The translations under genes and the position numbers were made by a program. DNA of 64,000 bases from Eledone cirrhosa (taxonomy: Eukaryota): contig OZ024743.1 of assembly GCA_964016885.1 (NCBI GenBank), positions 290,842,001-290,906,000 on the forward strand, given 5' to 3'. Each line of letters starts with the position of its first letter. Positions within the stretch are counted from its first letter, which is position 1. Shown here in pieces: positions 13,048-24,902 of the stretch. The notes beneath the pieces are model-generated. The model did not search any database. It was not told where the DNA came from and saw only the letters and a program-made list of their open reading frames with translations.

Positions 13048-13085
13048 CCTTTTGAAAAGCAGAAGAACTGCGAAACCGGTAAAGG
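13048..13085 (+). ncRNA. Minimal type I hammerhead, U3-A8 variant (PLE B, 5' pLTR)
   Basis: ccuu-UUGAAAA-gcag aagaa cugc-GAAA-c cg g-UA-aagg. Stems I and II pair perfectly and stem III is palindromic. Confidence 0.8.
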
Positions 13086-13250
13086 AACCAAATAAATATA
13101 TATATTTTAAAAAAAAATAAGACTTCAGTTGCATTTTCGATTTCATCCCTTTTTCTTTATACTTCCACTCGTGTAGGACACCTCGGTTATTTTTCATTTT
13201 GTAAAAAAAACCTCACTTTCGAATATATACCCACCACACGAAGACCGAAA

Positions 13251-14452
13251 ATGCCACCAAAGTCTCAACAAAACAACAACTCACTGAACCAGGACATCTT
13301 AAATGAACTCAAAGAGATTTCCTCTAAACTCTCAATTTTGACCAACAAAGTGGACCAAATACACATCTATAAAAAAGGACCCCACGAAGAAAGAGAAAAT
13401 ACCCAAGAGACGAATATTACTCCAGTATTAACTAAGCTAATCGAAACCATTGAAACAGCAATGCTCCAAAAGCTTGAACAACCGTTAGAACCCAATCTAC
13501 GAGATGTCCACTCAGTGAAAAACACCCTAATCAACATATGGACTCAAAAGCTCACAGCCCGCAAATTCGCCCTTTGGAATCTCCTAAAAAATAATGGCAA
13601 GGCAGACATATATGAAAAGTGGCTAAACTCTACCCCAATCATCCTCCCCAAAAAATTCCAAATAAAACCCATCCCAAATGAACCAGAAAACCAACAAAGA
13701 CTTAGGGAAAAGATGGCATTGGAAACATTTAAAACAGAAATAGAACTGTTGCGATTAAGAGCCAACTCCAACGAAGAAAAATTCAAGTCACTCGACCAAC
13801 AGATGGACACAGAAATCTCAAAGCACTCTGAAGGCCTACTCTACAAAATAACCCTAAAACTTTGGAAAGAAAACTGTGAGGATGAAGAACTCACATCCCT
13901 CCAGCGATGGGAAAAAACGCCACCTGGTTCAACAACTACGAAATGGACTTCAAAAATGAACAACATACAGGTAACCCATTTTTAAAACAAACTAAAACTC
14001 ACACACCACATGCACAACAAATAACAAAAAAAGTAACAAAACGTCCAACATACCCCCAGCAAAACTATAACGATAATCCCAGAAACCATAGACAAAACTA
14101 TAACCCTACTAACAAAAACCAAAGATCCCCGAACACAAGGCAGGACCTGATCCGCAGATCACAACCCACACAAATCCTATTCCAAAACCGTAGACCCCTG
14201 CCCACACAGAGCCTGTTCCAAAACCATAGATCCCAACCCACACAAAGGAACCAAATCTACAACCCGGACTATCAACAAAACGAACCTCAATACGTCCGAA
14301 ACTTCTATACAAGACCACACAACAACAGGGGAAATACCATTAGATATAATAATACCAATGAACAAACATTCCAGAAAAATAATTTTTTAGACCAAGGCTA
14401 CAGGACTCACGACACCCGGTGGCACAAACCGATTTTGAAAAACCGAAAATAA
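13251..14452 (+). CDS. PLE B ORF1 (~400 aa; predicted coiled-coil N-terminus, Q/N/R-rich C-terminus), interrupted by one frameshift near 13915
   Basis: ORFs 13251-13985 and 13907-14452 join into WEKNATWF if one A is added to the A6 run at 13912-13917. The ATG lies just downstream of the pLTR. Confidence 0.65.
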
Positions 14453-16689
14453 TTAACATTTCAAATACAAACCTCTCAGCCCAACAAGTAAAAATTCTCT
14501 CCAAAGGTCTGAAATGCACACCAACACCACAATATCCTAACCCCAACGAGATAAATGACGATATCTCACACTTCTGTAGAAAATTACGTCTCACAGAGGA
14601 ATTCTTTGACAAGGAGAATAACGACGAATCAATTGTACGGAATAAAAGCAGCTACAACCCAACAAAAGGTAGAAACAGAGTTCTGGACAAATTTTGTGAC
14701 CACATAGCTACCTTCCCATACCATGAACTACCGCAACCTAAACCCAAACCCAACACAAGTCGAAGGGAATGGGAGATTATCCATGAACTAAAAAACAATC
14801 CGGACATTGTAATTAAGGAAGCGGACAAGAGAAGTACTGTTGTCATTATGGAGGCTGAAAAATATAAAAATTCTATGTTCTCTCTCTTACAAAATGCTAA
14901 TTACTATGAAAGAGTAAAAAACTACCAGCAATCAAAAATAATGACCAAATTAAACACACTGATTTATCGATACCAGGAAGACCTAACTAAAAAGGAACGC
15001 GATTATTTAACAAATTTTGAATACAAAACCAGCAACCTTTACGGACTTCCAAAGATCCACAAATATAAAATAATCAACGATGCCTGTAAACAATCCACCT
15101 CAGCCTGCATGAACACACAATACACCACAGACCTTAAATTAAGACCAATTGTAGCGGGCCCACAATGTGAAACACACAGATTGAGCAACTTTATAGACAT
15201 ACTACTGAAAACAATACTGAAACACATACCAAGCCTTGTAAGAGACGATCTGGACCTCTTAAACCACCTCCCCAAACATGTCAACAACGACACTATTATT
15301 GTGTCTTTCGATGTAGTGAATCTCTACACAACGATCCCACACCAATACGGACTAGAAGCAATAGGATTCTGGCTAGAGAAATATCCCAATGAGATACCTG
15401 ACAGAATAGAAAAAAGCTTCATCACCGAGGGATTAAAATTCATCCTACAGAACAACTTTTTTGATTTCGATGGCAATACTTCCAAGCAAATATCGGGGAC
15501 TGCGATGGGCACAAAAGCCGCTCCAACTTATGCCAACTTAGTCATGGCATACTTAGAAGTCCAGATATATGAACAGTCCAAATCAAAATACGGATTGAAC
15601 TTCCACAAATATTTATCAGAGAATTGGAAACGCTACTTGGATGATTGCCTCATTCTTTGGTCCCACACACTCGACCAACTTAAGGATTTCAAAGACTTAA
15701 TAAACGGCATCAATAACCACATCCAATTCACAATGGAATACAGCCAAGATCAACTCCCATTTCTGGACATCTTAATCACAAAAAAAGACACAAATATCGA
15801 AACTGACATACACTACAAACCAACAGATTCCAAACAATATCTGCTATTCACCTCCAACCATCCAAAGCACACGAAGACGAACATTCCTTTTAACCTAGCA
15901 AGAAGAATTTGCACAATTGTCTCCAATTATGAAACGCGAAATAAAAGACTTCAAGAATTAAAGGAAATTCTACTTGAGAGAGAGTACCCACTATTACTAA
16001 TAAATAATGGAATAGAAAGGGCTAAAGCAATAGGCATTGATGAATTACGGAAACAGAAACAAATTCAAGGTACGTCCAATATTCTATCATATATCTCAAC
16101 ACACAACCCAAGAAATGCGGAAGCTTACAACACTATTCACAATAACATCCCACTACTAAAACAAAACCCAAGAATGAAAAAAGCCCTTGAAACACACAAA
16201 ATAATCAAAAGCAAAAGACAACCAAAATCACTGAAAACATTACTCACCAATGCCAAATTACCTACCACAAACCCACAACCAAGTATCAAAACATGTGGTC
16301 GCTCTAATTGTGGAACCTGCACTCACCTCATTGAAGGCAACACGTATACATTTAAATCAGGACAAAATTTTACTGTAAAAAATCACTTCACTTGCTCATC
16401 AAAAAATCTACTTTATGCCATTAAATGTAAAGGATGCAATGAAGATTATATAGGACAAACTAAACTCACGCTCAGAAACAGAATGACAGTTCATCGCCAA
16501 CAATTACGAGATCCAACCACGAGACAGATACCACTAAGTGCATATCTAGACATTTGCGCAAGTAATAAGACACCCAAATTCCAAGTCTTCCCATTTTACC
16601 TTTGCGCTAACAATACAACAGAACAAATGCGAATAAATAAAGAAAATATGTTTATTCAAAAATATAGACCAACATTAAATAAGGTTTAA
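14383..16689 (+). CDS. PLE B ORF2: intact RT plus GIY-YIG endonuclease
   Basis: Open from 14383 (after TAA) to 16689. Motifs IINISN, IVIKEADK, YGLPKIHK, LRPIVAGP, GTAMGT, RYLDD, CGRSNCGTC and NLLYAIKC..C...YIGQT. Confidence 0.95.
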   Translation, partial: FFRPRLQDSRHPVAQTDFEKPKIINISNTNLSAQQVKILSKGLKCTPTPQYPNPNEINDDISHFCRKLRLTEEFFDKENNDESIVRNKSSYNPTKGRNRVLDKFCDHIATFPYHELPQPKPKPNTSRREWEIIHELKNNPDIVIKEADKRSTVVIMEAEKYKNSMFSLLQNANYYERVKNYQQSKIMTKLNTLIYRYQEDLTKKERDYLTNFEYKTSNLYGLPKIHKYKIINDACKQSTSACMNTQYTTDLKLRPIVAGPQCETHRLSNFIDILLKTILKHIPSLVRDDLDLLNHLPKHVNNDTIIVSFDVVNLYTTIPHQYGLEAIGFWLEKYPNEIPDRIEKSFITEGLKFILQNNFFDFDGNTSKQISGTAMGTKAAPTYANLVMAYLEVQIYEQSKSKYGLNFHKYLSENWKRYLDDCLILWSHTLDQLKDFKDLINGINNHIQFTMEYSQDQLPFLDILITKKDTNIETDIHYKPTDSKQYLLFTSNHPKHTKTNIPFNLARRICTIVSNYETRNKRLQELKEILLEREYPLLLINNGIERAKAIGIDELRKQKQIQGTSNILSYISTHNPRNAEAYNTIHNNIPLLKQNPRMKKALETHKIIKSKRQPKSLKTLLTNAKLPTTNPQPSIKTCGRSNCGTCTHLIEGNTYTFKSGQNFTVKNHFTCSSKNLLYAIKCKGCNEDYIGQTKLTLRNRMTVHRQQLRDPTTRQIPLSAYLDICASNKTPKFQVFPFYLCANNTTEQMRINKENMFIQKYRPTLNKV

Positions 16690-17705
16690 TATACATTATG
16701 TCAACACCACAATATGACATACACACACACACATAACACCTTCTACTTTAGAAAATAAAAACCCGAACTAAATAAACCTTAAACATACGTTTGCACTGGC
16801 AATACAACAGCAAACACGAAAAAGTCAGGAAAATATGTTCATTCAAAAATATTCCTACTAAAGGAATCATTTTCCTACACACACACATACACACACACAC
16901 AATATATATATATATATTCTCTTCATCTTAACATGCTAACCATACTCCCACAGACATAACACCCATACACACACATAACAACCCCCACACCTACAACACA
17001 CTCCCCATTTCTACTAATAGAACCACTTTCCTACACACATATATATATACACACACAAAATATATATTCTCTCTATCTAACATACTCGCACACACACACA
17101 TAACACCCATATACACACACACACAACTCCCTCCCCCATCTCTACTAATAGAATCATCTTCCAATACACACATACACACACACACACACAAGCACACAAA
17201 TAAACACATATCTTCAGTCTCAATAGAAAATCTGAACTCTGACACTTGAACTCTGACAGCTGGCCATATTCACTGAACCAGAACATTTCTCCCAATCCCT
17301 TTTCCCTTGACCACTATCTCTCCATTGTCATAACATTCACTATAAAGACTACAGAATAGTTTTCCAAATAAGGGCGCAAAAATGTAATGAAAACTTGTTC
17401 ACGTGACAGCCAAATTTCATTTATAACCAACCAAAAAAAAGCCTTCGTGAGCCTCATTTTTTCAAGTAAAAAGAAATTCAAACACTCATATATGAAAAAA
17501 CAACCTGTGACAAACGCCTCCCCCCTCTCTTATTTGAAGAACTATTGTAACGCGAACCGGCGCGAAATTTATTATAATTATTGACAAACCAATCAAATTA
17601 CTTCTCGAAAAACCTGGTTTTCGAGCCACTTTTTCCATATAAAACAAGTAACATTTAGAGACCAACCAGATGTGAGAAAAACCACAGACCCTCCTTCTCA
17701 ACTCA

Positions 17706-17743
17706 CCTTTTGAAAAGCAGAAGAACTGCGAAACCGGTAAAGG
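17706..17743 (+). ncRNA. Minimal type I hammerhead, U3-A8 variant (PLE B, 3' pLTR)
   Basis: Identical to 13048-13085. Confidence 0.8.
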
Positions 17744-17812
17744 AACCAAATAAATATATATATTTTAAAAAAAAATAAGACTTCAGTTGCATTTTCGATT
17801 TCATCCCTTTTT

Positions 17813-17817
<5 letters not shown>

Positions 17818-17890
<73 letters not shown>
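17818..17890. repeat. (AT)n microsatellite at the PLE B 3' end
   Basis: Pure AT run. Confidence 0.95.
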
Positions 17891-17893
<3 letters not shown>

Positions 17894-18057
17894 GCAAGGC
17901 TCTGATACTACCAACACTATAAACACAGAGCTGGCATATCTAAGAACTGACTAACTGCCTGATGAGGTCATAGCCATTCAATGGCTATCATCAAATATAT
18001 ATAGCAGTAAATAAAGGATTATGGGTTCATGAAATTGACTTATGTTTCGTCACTATA

Positions 18058-18107
<50 letters not shown>

Positions 18108-18329
18108 GGCAGCCCCCTCATTATCGTGTATTGATTTTAATTTGGATATATATATTCAATTCAGTGATATTAAATAAATGGAAACTATATTTATAAAACC
18201 ATATTTATTATATTATATTATATTATATATATTTCAAGGGTACAAAAAACTTTAGTACGCTTTCATGAGATAAAATACAAAGTGTGTTTTATAAAATGTT
18301 GACAGATTATGCATAATCTGTAAACTAAG

Positions 18330-19075
18330 CCCCCATATTAACTGTAAGACTAGAAATGTAGTATATAACATAAGATGTACTGAAGGACAATGTAAAGATA
18401 AGAATATAGTGTACATAGGTGAGACAGCTCGTAGTATAGGAGAACGGTTAAATGAACACTGGCGAGAAATTCAAGATAAAAAAGAATCATCAATACGCCA
18501 TCAACATGCTAAAATAGAACATAAAGGGAAATTAGAGAACATAGAAATAAAAATAGAATTTACACACAGAAAAGACGCAATATTTAGACAAATAACAGAG
18601 GCAATAAACATAAATGAACTCCAACCAAAATTAAATAGAAAACATGAATGGAACAGCAACATCACATCTTACAATTAAGGACAAAATGAAAACACACACA
18701 CACATAGAACAAACAACCAACCAGTAACATGTAAATAAACAAATAAATAAACCAATAAAAACACACGCAGACATCCAGATGTAACACATGCGCAAACTAA
18801 GCACACAACACACACAAAAACAAGATGGCGTAGGACAGAACAAAGGAGAGTCACAAAACAAAGAAAATAATCCCTAGTCACTGAAGAGGTCACATAATGT
18901 GTGACGAAATAACTTTGACAATATATGGACAACCGTCCGGTTATGGAACCAACCAACCAACCAACCGGAAATTTATAAATTCTTAAATTTATAAATTTAA
19001 TTTATAATAAATTGGAGTGAAAGCAACTGGTGCGTGTGTTTCTTGTTGGCAACATGAGCCTCCAAAAGTATAATA
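18330..19075 (+). mobile_element. PLE C: 3' fragment (GIY-YIG remnant plus pLTR)
   Basis: NCKTRNVVYNIRC...YIGETARSIGERLNEH...RQITEAINI...PKLNRKHEW, followed by a pLTR homologous to 46160-46680. Ends at (AT)n. Confidence 0.85.
18877..18919 (+). ncRNA. Hammerhead motif in the PLE C pLTR
   Basis: guca-CUGAAGA-g gucaca..ugugac-GAAA-uaacuu-ugac. Stem III is weak. Confidence 0.6.
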
Positions 19076-21869
19076 ATATATATATATATATATACATATT
19101 GAAAATTGTAGCTCATGTAGTCTTCATCGGCGTTAAACTTGGAATCATAGAAATACATATGTAGATGAGTGTACGTGAGTGCACCAATAGGGTAATCCCA
19201 GACTGATTCGGCTTGTAATTTTCAAATGAGTGTAATCGATCAAAAGAAAAGGAAGTTACTTACTCGGGACAGAGACATTGCATCATCTTTTCTTGGAATT
19301 TAAACTTATGTTTGTGAGCAGAACCCCTTCAGAAATTCAACATGGTAAGGTTTTGTTTTTCTATATACATATATCTTCTAATATTGGATAAAAATTCCCT
19401 ATAAATATATATCTATATACCAGGATCATAATGAATGCAAGTCACTATTTCAAAACGGTATGTATGGTAACATATGTTCAGCACGATTGCGAATCATTAG
19501 TTCCATTGTAATTTCTTGTATTATTTACCTTCAACACTTTTACAAAAATGGCAGTATCTGTAGATAGTAGTGATATATTGAATTATCACTTTTCTACATT
19601 GTGAATTGATAAACGCAGGATAGATTAAGGAAAGGGTTTGCTACGAATATTTAAAGAGATTGTCTTGCATGGAGTCATTGCTAATTTCTACGATAACTCT
19701 AAATTAAAACTTAAGGAGATAGACAGAATATACCTACAATAATCTGAGAGGAAAATCATTTGCATTAATGACAATTTCGAAAGACATTTAGGAATAAATA
19801 GAATAGGTTTTAAACTATCGTCATAAATATATTTTTTCAATATACGAGCGCTCTGCTAACTAGTAGCGACATATGTGAAAAGTTGATCCTTATGGCTTAG
19901 ATCCAAAGCATCACCAAGGAGAATGGATCGAGCAAAGGGGAATTAATCTGGTTAATGCACCACATAACCGAGATTTCGTCATGTATATAACCAAGAATTT
20001 ATTTAACCTATTATTCGATGAGTATCGAAAGCATATCAGTTCATATGATATAATCAATTATTCAAGTGCGTTTGATATAATTTACTGATCAAATATTCAA
20101 CTTCACCCATTTCAATATAGCCATAATCTCACACACCGAATTCACTCTGCCGAAATCCATTTAATTGCCTATTTTAGGAATCCCGTCTCTTTATATCGGT
20201 CGCCTAGTGTGAAGACATTATATTTCCACGAAGCATCTAAGTAACGTATAATTAAATCACCAAAAACCCTTCAAAATCTTCCATTCATTCGTGTCAATAA
20301 AGTAAACGTTCCACATCATTTCACAATTCTACTGGAAACTCAAGGAACAGAGACTAGAATGCACTCCAATAGCTTGGTTTATCTTTGAGAACGTCGCACT
20401 AAGCTTTAACATCTCAGCAATAATTATATTTTAAATTCACCCTAGCAATATATATAAACACTGAGTGCTTTCTCGTCTATGTGCTATAGAGTCATTCTCA
20501 ATCGTTAATAGATAAAATGATGTTTGTATGTTGTAATTATGATGTTTTCCCTTACTGTTGCCATTAGTGACGTTAACACTTGGATGATTTTCACTCGGTC
20601 GCTACTCATACATTCCCACAAAGAGGGAGAAATTAACTTTCTCTAGTCCTCTTTCATTTGAAATCTGATTTTACATTCTCCTCTCCACGGTTTCTGTAAT
20701 TGTTTACATAATGATGAATTTATTTATTTAAATACAATTCTGAGCCCAACTTATTTTAAAATATTTTCAAAATGTTCTACTAATTACAGCGAACTAAATA
20801 AGGGCTGTGACGCCCATTATTACTTATATTTAATTACACGAGAACAGTTTCAATTACAATTATGTATAACAAGTTTGTAATTGTTGGAAAACGAAAAATG
20901 ATTTGATAAAACATGGACTTGTACTACATTTTGCCACTCTGAAAAGAAATTGATGTTTATGATGTTTGCATGTGTAAGTGTGATCATTTTCATAAATGTG
21001 TGTACTTTACAATATCTGAAGATCCAACAACATTTTCGTAATACTTTTATCACAAATATCCAAGATAGCTTTGCTATATTATATGATGAATTATATCCTG
21101 CTATTCCAGGAAAAGGGAAAGAAATGAAATAATGAGAGAACGCAACAAGAAATAAACATTAAGATAATTACTTGGCAAAATATGGTTTCAGCGAGGCAAT
21201 AATTGAGAGTGCCGCTATGTAGTTCACCAATGTAGTTATACAATGAATATCACTAACGCGTTTCTAGAATAAGAAGAGATATAAGAATGCATTTATATAC
21301 TTAACAGTTAACACGCAGCTAATGATATAAGGGGCATTGTTTCCATAAGTTCATAGTTTCATTTGAAGTGGTGAAATATATGACAGTTGCACTTGTCCAA
21401 GTTGCATAGCTGGCAAAATTGTGTCAAAATTGACATATGGGGAGTATTGTTCCAGTATCGTCCATTTAATCGAGAACACTCTGCAATGGTTCTCTGTGTG
21501 TGTGTATTTATGTGTGTGTGCATGTGTGTGTATGTGTTCGATATTACTAAACATTTAGAAAATTACATCCAAATTTGGCATAGTACTCAGTCCAAAGTAC
21601 GAGCTGAGTATACAATGAATTCCACAACAATTACCTTATCAACGTGGTAGAATCTAATATTGTTGTTGTTAAAGGAATATTAACTGCAGCCCCACACTTT
21701 TTCCACTGGCTACGTTTGTATTTCTTCCTAATGCTCCAGACAAGCCCTCTAAATTATAGGTTCTCGCGGCCTGTGTGGGGTTTCATAGTCTGCATTTGGA
21801 GTTGTAAAATCGGATTTGTGAACCTAAAGATTGATAAAGGCCTCTGACTCAGCTTCGCATTGCAGTTTT

Positions 21870-22000
21870 CTATCTGAAAGAGGCGGGCGTGGATTTCCCC
21901 ATCAAATGGGAAATTCTCGAGAAATAACGATAATAAGCAAATACATTAAATGCGTGCATTAAAAGATTGTGTGTCGGTAAAAGATCAAATATCTCGCAGA
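21870..22000 (+). pseudogene. Possible highly decayed PLE GIY-YIG C-terminal remnant
   Basis: Translates EAGVDFPIKWEILEK...RLCV, resembling the W.IL...C.LC ends of PLE D and F. Confidence 0.35.
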
Positions 22001-22226
22001 GATTCCACAACAATGCTCGTCTTAACACGTGATCCAATTTTTTAACCAGCTCAAGCACTTTTATTGTGTTACTGGAAGGACTCAGGAAAATCATAGTTTT
22101 GCATTATCAGGAGATAATCTATCACAAGGAAATGGTCTTCGATGGTTATATGAGCCACAACAGTCTAATTGGAGTTACAGCCACCATTACGGAAATCAAA
22201 ACTGACCACTTTTGCGGAACTGTAAT

Positions 22227-22296
<70 letters not shown>

Positions 22297-22671
22297 TATG
22301 TGTAGAAGTAAACACAGTAAACCTATGTCTAAAATTACGAGGGTAGATTACACCACAAATGTTATATATCATTCAACCTTAATCATATGGGATGTTACAA
22401 TATTTCTTACAAGATTTCTCATACATACCATATCAATAACCATTTCATCTCCCGGACAGACTAAATATTTAATCTGTTTCGCCCTAAATGAATCGTGTTT
22501 GTAACAAGTAATCCGTAGACATTTCGTCAGCGAGAGATAAGACCAATAACGATAAACTCACTAAAGTTTACACCTCGTGCGTTGAAAGTCATATTCGGTG
22601 AGAGTGGTTATGCTAGAAAATAATAGCCTATTTACCCTCATTTTAATAAGCTCAACAGATAAGGAGCCGAA

Positions 22672-22813
22672 ATACAAATAAAATATAGAGTTATTAACTC
22701 ATATAGATACCCTGCAATTAACAAGCTCAAAGTATAAATACTGAGCATTATACTTTGAGCTTGTTAATTGCAGGGTATCTATATGAGTTAATAACTCTAT
22801 ATTTTATTTGTAT
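22672..22813. repeat. Perfect hairpin (~65 bp arms, 10-nt loop) abutting (AT)n
   Basis: atacaaataaaatatagag...caaagtataa and ttatactttg...tattttatttgtat are exact reverse complements. Confidence 0.9.
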
Positions 22814-23329
22814 ATATATATTTATATATATATATATATGAATGGAAAATAGAACGAGAAACGGGACTGTCCATCATCAGTGATCTTCTGACTATCATTG
22901 GTATTTCGTCCATTAAAGACCTAAAATCAGGACGGGCAATAACTAAAATAAGTTATTGGGACAGAGCGAATTGGGTGGAGAAAGAGGGACAGTAAACAAA
23001 CAAAAAATAGTAATGCAACGTAAAGAGAGGAAATGAGAGACAAGTCAATGATACATGTGACCTTAAGTTCGAACAGATCAACAACGAGAAGACGGCAGAC
23101 ACGTCCGAACCTTGCAAAATGTGAACCAGAAAAGGATTTCACACATGTTAGACGAGTGGAAGTGAGAGAGGGGGAGCAGCTGAGAGTGAGTGAGTGAAAG
23201 TGTGAGGAAGAGGCCAGCCGAGAGAGTGTGTGACCACCAGAGGAGGTGAATGAAATCAAGAGGTACAAGGAGAGAGAAGGGGAGAGAGAAAGAAGATAGT
23301 AGTAAAGTGATAGAACAAGACAAACCACA

Positions 23330-23382
<53 letters not shown>

Positions 23383-23979
23383 ATGTGTGTGTGTGTGTGT
23401 GTGTGTCTGTGTGTGTGTCTTAATTTGTTTATATATGCGAAGCTGTGAGATTATGTGCATCAAGTCATGTCAAAGGCTGTACCACTGTTAGAGATTGAAA
23501 TTAGGTGTCTTGCCGGGTAGATGTATAGGCGTATAGATAGGTGTATGTGTATATTCATATGCCCATATGTCGATGCAATTTAACCTGGTGTGTGTTCTTG
23601 AGTGCACATATACAGGCGCATATTCAAGACTAAATAGTCGTAACGTATTTCTGGGAATTGAGGTTGGTGTCTAGCATGTTTGTCACCCTGCCCCATGCCA
23701 TGATATAAACTGCCAAACATGAAGATCGAGGCCACTAGGTATCGTGGGGTAGATGAATATGTTAAAACAGCATGGAAAGTTGAATCCTGTGTGTGGTCGG
23801 AACAAGTTGTGCAACGGGGTACATATGCATGCGTAGCATTAGAAATATGAGGGTTATAACTATATAAAAACCTGACGTCTGTAGTCAGCTCTGACTAGAC
23901 TGAAGGACCAATGCTGGAATGACATATAATGGCCCTAGTTTAGCAATAGGGAGTTATTGTTAAACTGTCAGCGAATGGG

Positions 23980-24190
23980 AATCCAAGAGATTGTAATAAC
24001 CACCGTGGCGTCACTCTGTTGTCAGTCCAGGGCAAATTGTTCAGCACAGAGTACCTACGACACATACGATATGATGTAGAATCTATTTTCAGAGAAGAAG
24101 CGAGTTTCCGACACAAAGGTCGTGTACTTACCTCTAGCATGTAAACTGTGAAACGTGGATTTACGTGGCAAAGTTGGATAGACGTCTAAA
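23980..24190 (+). mobile_element. Small RTE-type RT remnant
   Basis: Translates RDCNNHRGVTLLSVQGKLF. Confidence 0.55.
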
Positions 24191-24902
24191 CACTTAGACG
24201 TCCCACCGTTTTAGTGGTAAAAGCATCTGACAAGCCGTGGATTACAGAGTCGGGCTAGACCGATACAGATCGAACCATGAGCTGATCACTGGCAAAACGC
24301 ACGTCACCAACCAATATACTTAATGAAGGAGTAACCACTCTTTGTTTTATTTTATCTTATATAATAGAGAATGATTTGAAGTAACACTTTCGTTGTCAAA
24401 TGATTTTATATATATATACTAGAAAATTTACCCGGCGTTGCTCGGGGTTTGAAATTATGCTAAGAATATACAGCTAGGAAGTAAAAGAAAAACATTATTT
24501 GTCCCAAACCTGTGAAAATAAGCAGAAGTCTTCAATAATTAATGCAAACGATTATGTAGTGCAAACTTTGTACACATAAAACTATGCTGATAATGAAGGA
24601 AAACACTGAACAGGATGTAGTTATACAAATGATTAAAGACAATACACGTTGCAAATCTGTAAAAAAACAGACAGTTTAGCTAAAGTACAAAAAGTTGTAA
24701 TGAAAGCATAGTTGTATACAAAAAACAAACAAACAATGAGAGTAGAATAAGAGAAAATCTATTCTTTGAGACAAACTTTTGCTGTGTATGGTTACATTTT
24801 GAACTTATAATCCAAAATATCCTGCATGGCATATTCCTTGGTATGTTTTGTAATGAGTAAGGTGAAGTCAAGGCAGAGCTGTAATAAATGTTTTTGTTAA
24901 CA

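Larger units (their letters stand above)
11623..17817 (+). mobile_element. PLE B: near full-length two-ORF Penelope-like (Neptune-like) element with inverted 3' copy and partial 5' pLTR
   Basis: 11623-12808 is an inverted copy of the 3' UTR/pLTR. 12807-13160 is a direct repeat of 17466-17817. ORF1 and RT-EN ORF2 lie between. (AT)n on both flanks. Confidence 0.95.

Noticed and set aside
13905-13920. A second programmed -1 frameshift inside PLE B ORF1 (G GAA AAA)
   Set aside because: Not a canonical heptamer in phase and no clear downstream structure. A single-base loss in an A-run, or a sequencing error, is simpler.
22860-22935. Two degenerate hammerhead-like strings on the minus strand (ctgattttaggtc...gacgaaatacc and ctgatgatggacagtcc)
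   Set aside because: Each lacks part of the core or the stems. Probably decayed pLTR, too weak to call.
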